Shown here: piece by piece, positions 53,309 to 60,957 of the stretch | Layout: each line of letters starts with the position of its first letter | Position numbering within the stretch: position 1 is the stretch's first letter | Source of the DNA: an uncultured Steroidobacteraceae bacterium | GTDB lineage: Bacteria; Pseudomonadota; Gammaproteobacteria; Steroidobacterales; Steroidobacteraceae | Assembly (NCBI GenBank): GCA_964657675.1 | Contig: CAZZWE010000003.1 | Span: 1-63,847 of the forward strand | Direction of reading: 5' to 3' | Length of the DNA stretch: 63,847 bases | The notes under the pieces: generated by a model | What the model was told of the DNA's origin: nothing | The model's input: the letters and a program-made list of their open reading frames with translations, nothing else | The model's database searches: none | Position numbers and translations under genes: made by a program

Positions 53309-54632
53309 TTCCGAAGATCACGCCACACCCCCCATGAATCAGCAGCCGTCTCATGGTCAATTTCCTGATCAGGTGGCTCGCGATGAGAGCGGCGACAGCG
53401 ACCGGGTTGCAACCACCTTTTCTCCGCAAACGGGGCGCAAGACCCGGCGCGGCGTTGTCATCGCTGCGATTGTCCTCGCGGTTTGCTGCCTTATTGTCAC
53501 CGTTGCGCGATTGCTGCATTCGCACTCGGTAGCACAGGCGGGCGAGACGGCCTATTCCACCGCACCACCGGTGGACGTCGTCCTTGCGCAGGCGACAGGA
53601 CAAGGCCAGAACCTGATTCTGCCCGGGGAAACCGCCGCCTGGTATGAGTCCCCCATCTACGCACGCGTCAACGGGTATGTGGCCAAATGGATGGTCGACA
53701 TTGGTGATCATGTGCAGAAGGGCCAGGTGCTTGCCACGCTCGAGACTCCAGAACTCGACGCCGAACTGGCGGCCTCGCGTGCGCAATTGAAGTCCTCGCA
53801 GTCTCAGGTCGTCGCCCGTCAAGCCGAAGCCGAATTCAGCAAGACCACCAATGAGCGCTGGCGCGATTCGCCCAAAGGCGTGGTGTCCGAGCAGGAGCGC
53901 GCGGCCAAGAAGGCGGATTTTGAAAGCGCCCAAGCACGGTTGTACGCCGCCAATGCTCAAGTGAATCTCGACAAATCCAAGGTCGATCAATACGCGGCCA
54001 TGGCTGAGTTCAAACAGGTCAAAGCGCCGTTCGATGGCACCATCACTGAACGGAAGATCGATGTCGGCAATCTGGTGACCGCCGGCAGCGGCCCGAACAC
54101 CACGCCGATGTATCGCATTGCGCAAACCGATCCCCTGCGAATCTACGTGGACGTGCCGCAAAGTGCGGCGGGAGACATGGTTCAAAACGGCGTGCCGGCG
54201 CAAATACGCGCCACCGGCGCGGTAGGCGGCGTGTTTTTAGGAAAGATCGCGCGATCGGCGCAGTCCATCAACCCGCAAGCCCGCACCATGAAAGTCGAAG
54301 TGGATATGCCGAACGAAGATCACAAGCTCGTGCCGGGGATGTATGTGAACGTGGCGTTTACGCTTCCGCCGCGCGGATCCGTCGAGGTGCCGGCCGCGGC
54401 GCTGATTTTCCGATCCTCAGGCACGCAGGTTGCGCGCGTGGACGATGGCGGCAAAGTCGTGTTCGAGACGGTCACCATTGCCCGCGACAATGGCAGCTTG
54501 GTGGAACTGTCTTCCGGGGTGAAGCCGGGCGATCGCCTGGTACTCAACATCAGCAGTCAGATCGCCGCGGGACAAAGCGTTGCCGTCAACGAACCGCAAC
54601 ACAATCCGCAGCCTTTGGATGCCAAGCGCTGA
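53295..54632 (+). CDS. RND efflux periplasmic adaptor (MFP) subunit (operon 2)
   Basis: IYARVNGYVAKWMVDIGDHVQKGQVLATLETPELD is paralogous to the operon 1 adaptor. A polar cytoplasmic N-extension of about 70 aa precedes the TM anchor. The start is uncertain (53295 or 53334). Confidence 0.85.
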   Translation: MQPHDSEDHATPPMNQQPSHGQFPDQVARDESGDSDRVATTFSPQTGRKTRRGVVIAAIVLAVCCLIVTVARLLHSHSVAQAGETAYSTAPPVDVVLAQATGQGQNLILPGETAAWYESPIYARVNGYVAKWMVDIGDHVQKGQVLATLETPELDAELAASRAQLKSSQSQVVARQAEAEFSKTTNERWRDSPKGVVSEQERAAKKADFESAQARLYAANAQVNLDKSKVDQYAAMAEFKQVKAPFDGTITERKIDVGNLVTAGSGPNTTPMYRIAQTDPLRIYVDVPQSAAGDMVQNGVPAQIRATGAVGGVFLGKIARSAQSINPQARTMKVEVDMPNEDHKLVPGMYVNVAFTLPPRGSVEVPAAALIFRSSGTQVARVDDGGKVVFETVTIARDNGSLVELSSGVKPGDRLVLNISSQIAAGQSVAVNEPQHNPQPLDAKR

Positions 54633-54637
54633 GCCGC

Positions 54638-56170
54638 ATGAAGAACCCAATCCTTCCGGTCATCGCACTTATCGCAAGCTTGTCGGCCTGTGCGGCAGGC
54701 CCCCACTATCGAGTGCCGACGCAGGATGAGCCGGCTGCGTTCGCCGCCCAGATGAACACTCCAACCTCAGCGCGCTCAAGCGTGGCTGGCGCCACACCGG
54801 TGGATCTGGCGATTTGGTGGCGCTCCCTCAACGATCCGGAATTGGATTCGTTGGTGGAGCGCGCCGTGAAGTCGAATCTCGATATCGAAATGGCGCTCGA
54901 CCGCTTGCAACAGGCCCGTTCCTACGAAGCCGTGGTCTTGGGCTATGCCTTGCCTGAAGTGGATGCCAGCGGCGCTGCCGCGAAGGGCACCGGCAGCGAC
55001 CTGACCAAGGGACGCGCCGGGACAGCGCTGCGTTCCGCAGACACCGGCACGGGCTTGCAGCACATCAACACCATCGTCGGCTTTGATGCCGTTTGGGAGC
55101 TGGACCTGTTCGGGAAGTTCCGCCGGGAGTTCGAGGCGGTGCGCGCCGAGACCGATGCCGCCCGGGCGGCACGATCAGAGGTCCTGACCGCGGTGATCGC
55201 CGATGTGGTGCACGCCTACGTGGACTTGCGCGGCCTGCAGATTCGCGCCGGTATATTGCATCACGCCAGCGATGTCTTGCGCGAGTCGCTGCGCATCGTG
55301 AACATTCGCTATGAACGCGGCATCACCAACGAACTCGACGTGGCGCTGGCGACTCGAGAACTGGCGACCTTGCAGGGACAAATCGCGCCCGTGGAAGCTG
55401 AGGCCAAGGCTGCTCAGTACACGCTGGCAGTACTCGTTGGAGAGTACCCGGAAAATCTGGTGGCAGAACTGTCAAAGCCCGATCTGATTCCCACCATGCC
55501 TGCGGCAGCCGCGCCCGGCGTGCCTGTCGGCCTGCTCAAACGTCGGCCGGACATTCAGCAGGCCGAACGGGAACTGGCGGCCGCGACCGCACGCATCGGC
55601 GTGGCCACGGCCGACCTTTTTCCGGATGTGACCGTCAGCGCCTCCATTGGAAGCCAAGGTCAGGGGTTGGGAACGCTGCCGAATGTGGGCAAGCACATCT
55701 GGTCCTTCGGCCCCGGCGCCATCTGGCCGCTGCTGGATTTCGGCGCCCTGGATGCGAAAGTGGAGGTGGCGGATTTTGCGGCGAAAGCGCGCCTTGCCAA
55801 CTACCGCAAGACCATCATCAACGCCGTTCGCGAAGTTGATTCCTCGCTCGATGCCTACGAAGCTCAAGAGCAACGGATGCAGCAACTCACAGACGCGATG
55901 AGCGCCGGACAGCGCGCACTCGATTTGGCAACCGCGCGCTATGACCGCGGCCTTACCGATTTTCTCAACGTCGTAGACGCCGAACGCGCGTTCTACGAGC
56001 TGCAAGAACAATATGCCGAGGCACAGGTGAGTCAAGGCGAACAGTTTGTACAGCTGTATAAGAGTCTGGGCGGCGGCTGGCAAGACTATCAAGGCATTCC
56101 CAAAATACGCCAGCCACAACCCGCGATCGTGGCCGCATTTCGCAGCCTGCTTTCAAAAAATACCCAATAA
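54638..56170 (+). CDS. RND efflux outer-membrane lipoprotein, NodT family (operon 2)
   Basis: Lipobox SLSAC. Motif RRPDIQQAERELAAATARIGVATADLFP. Confidence 0.9.
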   Translation: MKNPILPVIALIASLSACAAGPHYRVPTQDEPAAFAAQMNTPTSARSSVAGATPVDLAIWWRSLNDPELDSLVERAVKSNLDIEMALDRLQQARSYEAVVLGYALPEVDASGAAAKGTGSDLTKGRAGTALRSADTGTGLQHINTIVGFDAVWELDLFGKFRREFEAVRAETDAARAARSEVLTAVIADVVHAYVDLRGLQIRAGILHHASDVLRESLRIVNIRYERGITNELDVALATRELATLQGQIAPVEAEAKAAQYTLAVLVGEYPENLVAELSKPDLIPTMPAAAAPGVPVGLLKRRPDIQQAERELAAATARIGVATADLFPDVTVSASIGSQGQGLGTLPNVGKHIWSFGPGAIWPLLDFGALDAKVEVADFAAKARLANYRKTIINAVREVDSSLDAYEAQEQRMQQLTDAMSAGQRALDLATARYDRGLTDFLNVVDAERAFYELQEQYAEAQVSQGEQFVQLYKSLGGGWQDYQGIPKIRQPQPAIVAAFRSLLSKNTQ

Positions 56171-56254
56171 GTCAAATATCCGCCAGTTCCACAAACGGTC
56201 ACTTTCTATGGCAAAGTTATCGCCTCCAGTTGGCAAAAACAACAGCAAGCAGCC

Positions 56255-57811
56255 ATGGCACGACACCGATTGCATCGTTTTCTTTATGTCTTCGTATGCC
56301 TAGCACTGATGTGCGGCTGTACCGCAACACGCAACCGTCCGCCGGTGAAGCCTCCCGTGCCGGCGCGGGCGGAGCCTGTTGACACGGCGTGGGGCCGGCA
56401 ATTCGCGCAGGCCTCGCCCGACCCAAGAAATCTTTCAGGTGTGCATGTTTTGGAGGCGGGCATCGATGGGTTGGCTGCCCGCGTGCAGATTATTCGGCGT
56501 GCTGAACGCTCGCTCGATCTGCAATATTTCATTTTCAGAGGCGACATCGGCGGGTCCTTGATCAGGGACGAATTACGCAAGGCAGCAGAACGCGGCGTGA
56601 TCGTGCGGGTATTGGTCGATGATGGCGACACCGTGGCAGGCGACGAGAAACTGCTTGAACTCGATGGCTACCAGGGAATGCAAGTTCGCGTGTTCAATCC
56701 ATTCGACTATCGCGGCCACAACAAGCTGTTACGGAACTTGGATTTTGTGCTTCACAAAAGGCGCTTGGACTATCGGATGCATAACAAGCTCTTGGTCGCC
56801 GATGATTCCGTCGTCATGATCGGCGGGCGTAATATCGGTGATCAGTACTTCCAGATCGATCCGGTTTCCCAGTTCTCCGACGATGACGTATTCGTCGTCG
56901 GCGCGGCCGTGGGTGTGCTGCGTCGGTCCTTCGACGAATTTTGGAACAGTGACCTGGTGGTCCCTGCGATGCAACTGGCCGGCCGCAAGAACGGCGGCCA
57001 CGCCGCAAAGCCGCCGCTTGCCGATGACTTCCTGATGCGCATCGAAAGCGGGCAGCCCCTCGCGGATCTGCTTTCAAGGCCAACGATGCTCAACTGGGCA
57101 CGCGTCACCGTGCTCTATGACAGTCCGGAGAAGCGCCTGATCGAGCGCCGTCAGGCTCACGGGCGGCTCATGAGCGAATCGGTTGAAAAGCAGATTTCGG
57201 ATTCGACCCGCGAGGTGGAAATAGTCTCGCCTTATTTCGTACCCTCCGACCACGAACTCGCGCTGCTGCTCGATGCCCGACGACGGGGCAATACGGTGAA
57301 AACACTGACGAACTCACTGGAAACGAATCCCGAGGTGGCGGCCCACTCCGGGTACGCGAAAATCCGCCTGCCGCTGTTAAAGTCCGGCGCCTCAGTCTAC
57401 GAAGTCCGGGCGAAGCTCGACAGCGTACTGGGCAGCGGGCAAAGCCCGCGGATATCGCGCTATGGCAATTACGCCCTTCACGGGAAAATGTACGTGTTCG
57501 ACCAGCAGCGTGTTTTTCTCGGATCCTGGAACTACGATCAACGTTCTTTGCGAATCAATACGGAGATTGGGGTGCTGATTGAAAGCCCGCCGGTCGCCGC
57601 CGCAGTGGCGCACCGATTCGAGGAGATGACGAGTCCCCAAGCGGCCTACCAGGTGGCGTTGGAATCGGCGGGCGAGAACTCATCGCGACTGGTGTGGAAA
57701 ACCGAATTCAATCATCAACCCGTGGTGTTGAAAGTCGAACCCTCGCGGGGATGGTGGCTGCGATTCAAATCGAGGCTGTTGGCATTGCTACCGCTGCAGC
57801 CGGAGTTATAG
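56255..57811 (+). CDS. phospholipase D / cardiolipin-synthase-like family protein, probable lipoprotein
   Basis: Two HKD motifs (MHNKLLVADD; LHGKMYVFD). Lipobox-like N-terminus LALMCGC. Confidence 0.85.
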   Translation: MARHRLHRFLYVFVCLALMCGCTATRNRPPVKPPVPARAEPVDTAWGRQFAQASPDPRNLSGVHVLEAGIDGLAARVQIIRRAERSLDLQYFIFRGDIGGSLIRDELRKAAERGVIVRVLVDDGDTVAGDEKLLELDGYQGMQVRVFNPFDYRGHNKLLRNLDFVLHKRRLDYRMHNKLLVADDSVVMIGGRNIGDQYFQIDPVSQFSDDDVFVVGAAVGVLRRSFDEFWNSDLVVPAMQLAGRKNGGHAAKPPLADDFLMRIESGQPLADLLSRPTMLNWARVTVLYDSPEKRLIERRQAHGRLMSESVEKQISDSTREVEIVSPYFVPSDHELALLLDARRRGNTVKTLTNSLETNPEVAAHSGYAKIRLPLLKSGASVYEVRAKLDSVLGSGQSPRISRYGNYALHGKMYVFDQQRVFLGSWNYDQRSLRINTEIGVLIESPPVAAAVAHRFEEMTSPQAAYQVALESAGENSSRLVWKTEFNHQPVVLKVEPSRGWWLRFKSRLLALLPLQPEL

Positions 57812-57871
57812 CGCGCGGACGCCCCACCACAGATCCTGCGAGCCGCACTGCCGGAGTGTCGCGCAGCCGGA

Positions 57872-60712
57872 CTAACCGACTTGCGGCAGATTTCGACTGG
57901 ACGGCGATACCCATTCAACGATATTCGACGAACTCTTGGACGCCGAGGTCACCAACAGCTGTTTGGCCCGCTGTGACACTTTCGCAAGCTCGGATATCAG
58001 CTCATCCTGAGCGGTGGGACGCCCGAGCAGAAAGCCCTGCAGGAACATTCCCCGATGTTTTAGCATCATGGCAAATTGTTCTGGTCTTTCGATCCCCTCC
58101 GCCGTGATCTCCAGCCCCAGACCCTGACACATCGCAATGATGGCGTTTGCGATCTCAGCCGAGCGAGGCGTGTTATCGATTCCCTCCAGCAAGCTTCGGT
58201 CAAGTTTTATTCTGCTCAACGGCAGATGCACCAGGGAGGACAGCGATGAATATCCGCTGCCAAAATCATCCAGCGCGATGGTCACTCCCAGTGCGCGCAG
58301 GCGCCTGAGCGCATCCAGCGTGGCGGGGCCGGTTTGAAGTACGGACTCGGTGAGTTCGATTTCGATGCAATGCGCCGGCAGTCGATATGCGGCCAGCAAG
58401 GATCGAACCCGATCAATGAAACCGGCATCGATGAACTGGCGCGCCGACACATTGATGGCAACGCGGGCCTGCGGCCACGCGCCATGGTGCCAGCGGGCAG
58501 CCGCCTCGATGGCGGCCTGCAAAACCCAGTCACCGATTTCCAGGATCAGTCCCGATTCCTCGGCGATACCCAAGAAGCGGCCCGGCGATGTCAGCGTGCC
58601 ATCGGGCATGCGCCAGCGAATCAGCGCTTCGACCAGGCTCGGTTCGAAGGTTTCCACGCTGATTTCAGGCTGGAACAGCAATTCGAACTCACCTCTCTCG
58701 ATGGCGCGGCGCAGGCCTTGCTCGGTCGCGAACTTGGCCTCCGCCTCCTTGAGCAAGTCGGGCGTAAACATCGACAGTTGGCAGCGGCCCAGTGACTTGG
58801 CGCGAAACAGCGCCACGTCTGCTGCCTTGAGCAGGGCATCAGGTTCCTGCGCGTGCTCGGGATAGATGCTGGCACCCACGCTGACATTGACGATCAGTTC
58901 CCGGCTATCAATCGTCAGCGGCTGCTGGAATGCTTGCACGATGGCCAGGCCTGCCGCGGTCACGCTTTGCGCGGTGGGTGCGTGCTCGAGGACCACCGTA
59001 AACTCATCTCCGCCCAGCCGTGCCGCGAAGCCGAACGCCCGAGCGGTGTCTTGCAGCCGCTCCGACAAACTGACCAGCACGCGGTCGCCAAACGCATGTC
59101 CCATGCTGTCGTTGATGTATTTGAAATTATCAATATCGAGAAAGAACACCGCGATTTGCTGATTCGCAGGTCGCGCCCGCTCGATGGCTGCGCTCAGCAA
59201 GGCGAACCATTCACGGCGATTCGGCAGTCCGGTCAACGGATCATTTTTTGCCAGATGCTGCAGTTGCCGCGTGCGCTCGGCAACCTTTCCCTCCAAACCT
59301 TGCTGATATTGTTTTGCTGCCGTCCGCGCCAGCGAGAGTTCCTCGCACATGGCATTGAATGCAACGGCGACCGCGTCCAGCTCCTTGATCCCGCCGCGCG
59401 GGACACGCGTATGGCTTTCCCCGCGCGCAAGCCGGGTCGTGGCCAGCAGCAGGCTGCGCACCGGTCTTAGGATACTGAGGACGGTGCTGACCAATACATA
59501 CAGCAGTATCAGCAGCAGCCCGGCACATAACCAGGCAATAGTTGTTCGTTGCGGGCTGGGACGTTCGGTCTGGGTCACCGCCGAATGTGTTTCCAGACCG
59601 TCCGGCAGGACACTGGCAGGAACCGCTATCGGAGGTTGAACGATCGAATCCGCGGCGGCCGGCATGACCGGATGGGCGATTTCCGCAGGGCGGGCCGCCT
59701 GCACGGGCTTCGACTCGATCTTGCGCGGAATGGAGTCGGCCAACGATTCCGAATTTTTGGAAAACTCCAAGGATCGGTCATTGAGAGTCGCATCCGCTTG
59801 CGTGAGGCTGCCGCGCATTGTGACGAGTGCAATCAAATCAGCACACATCGAGTCGTACCAGGCGTCACCCTCGGTTCGGCGCAAGGTGCTTCTATTGTTG
59901 TCCAAGTCTTTTTGCACCGCTTGTTCGGCCGCGCGTAACGCCGCCAGCTTTTGTTCGGTTGCCTCTTCACTGGTTGCGAGCGAGGCGGCCTGCTTTCGCA
60001 GCGCATCCAGATCAGAACTTATTTGCAGCAGCGACTGGCGGGCGACCACGCGTCCAAATATTTTCCAAGAATGGTCCAAAGACGCTTTGTCGCGCGCGTT
60101 CAGTGTTTCGAACAAGGCCGCGTATTGCCCGGATAATTCGCGCCGCCGATCGCCGGCGGCAATGAGCGCGGCGGCGCTTTGCTCATGGGCTTTAAAACTT
60201 GCAGCCAGCTTTCCGAACGACTTGCCACTGATGGCCGTGGCGGTGCCTATGAAACTGCTCAATGCGCCGTTCATGTCTGCCAGCGTGCGCTGATATCCGG
60301 CGTTCGAGGCAGGGTTGTCCGCGCCGATTCTGGCGCGAACCGCTTCGTCAAAGTGATCCAGGGCGGTGAGCAGCCGATCTGCCGTCACCGAGCGATAGGC
60401 AGGTTCCGGTGCGGCGAGGCTTACCACCGGCAAGGGTGTCGGCAAAATCGGCGCTACATCGACGCTAACAACGGGCGCCGGCCGCTGGACGAATTGCGTG
60501 ATTTGGGTGGTTCGCTCGACAAATACCACTTTCTGGACGAGAAAATTGAGGGCCAATACCAAGGCGCCGCCCGTGGCCAGCGCGATGCCCAGACGGGGCC
60601 CAATCCCTAAGCGCATGCCCTGCTTACAGGCAACGCGAAGCGCTGCATAAACTGTCGCAATCTTGGCTTTCGGATCGAGTTGAAATCGTCGAAGTTGTGG
60701 CAACGGGTTCAT
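57872..60712 (-). CDS. membrane HAMP-GGDEF-EAL protein with a large helical periplasmic domain
   Basis: Two TM helices flank a helical region of about 340 aa. HAMP, GGDEF (RLGGDEFTVV) and EAL motifs (EALIRW, ELTES, DDFGSGYSS) follow. Confidence 0.9.
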   Translation of the reverse strand: MNPLPQLRRFQLDPKAKIATVYAALRVACKQGMRLGIGPRLGIALATGGALVLALNFLVQKVVFVERTTQITQFVQRPAPVVSVDVAPILPTPLPVVSLAAPEPAYRSVTADRLLTALDHFDEAVRARIGADNPASNAGYQRTLADMNGALSSFIGTATAISGKSFGKLAASFKAHEQSAAALIAAGDRRRELSGQYAALFETLNARDKASLDHSWKIFGRVVARQSLLQISSDLDALRKQAASLATSEEATEQKLAALRAAEQAVQKDLDNNRSTLRRTEGDAWYDSMCADLIALVTMRGSLTQADATLNDRSLEFSKNSESLADSIPRKIESKPVQAARPAEIAHPVMPAAADSIVQPPIAVPASVLPDGLETHSAVTQTERPSPQRTTIAWLCAGLLLILLYVLVSTVLSILRPVRSLLLATTRLARGESHTRVPRGGIKELDAVAVAFNAMCEELSLARTAAKQYQQGLEGKVAERTRQLQHLAKNDPLTGLPNRREWFALLSAAIERARPANQQIAVFFLDIDNFKYINDSMGHAFGDRVLVSLSERLQDTARAFGFAARLGGDEFTVVLEHAPTAQSVTAAGLAIVQAFQQPLTIDSRELIVNVSVGASIYPEHAQEPDALLKAADVALFRAKSLGRCQLSMFTPDLLKEAEAKFATEQGLRRAIERGEFELLFQPEISVETFEPSLVEALIRWRMPDGTLTSPGRFLGIAEESGLILEIGDWVLQAAIEAAARWHHGAWPQARVAINVSARQFIDAGFIDRVRSLLAAYRLPAHCIEIELTESVLQTGPATLDALRRLRALGVTIALDDFGSGYSSLSSLVHLPLSRIKLDRSLLEGIDNTPRSAEIANAIIAMCQGLGLEITAEGIERPEQFAMMLKHRGMFLQGFLLGRPTAQDELISELAKVSQRAKQLLVTSASKSSSNIVEWVSPSSRNLPQVG

Positions 60713-60910
60713 GTCAGCGTGGCGAACGGGGCGCTCCGGACGTCATGTTGCGCTGCTGCGTGAAACCGAAGTGCGGAGTGGGTCCCATCGCAACGGCGTA
60801 CGGGACGTGCACAGCGCACAAAGCGAAACTCTGTGGCGCCTTTTGTCCGTGCGGCGCCAACCTTATTAACATACGTTATCAACGCTGATCGCGGGCCAAA
60901 GGCACCACGA

Positions 60911-60945
60911 ATAAAAACAGGGGGGGCACACCGGCGACCCCCCCC
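60911..60945 (-). terminator. rho-independent terminator of the 903-aa lipoprotein gene
   Basis: On the minus strand, a G8 run, an 11-nt loop and a C7 run are followed by TGTTTTTAT. The structure begins 12 nt after the stop codon. Confidence 0.75.
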
Positions 60946-60957
60946 GCCAACGAGACA

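Noticed and set aside
56198-56206. GTCACTTTC half-site upstream of the PLD gene as part of the regulator motif
   Set aside because: A 7-9-mer is expected several times by chance in 64 kb. I mention it only as weak supporting context, not as a feature.
56255-57811. PLD-family protein as a nuclease-type defence effector
   Set aside because: It has two HKD motifs in one chain, a size of about 500 aa and a lipoprotein-like N-terminus. This fits cardiolipin-synthase/phospholipase-type enzymes rather than Nuc-like single-HKD nucleases. No partner defence genes are present.
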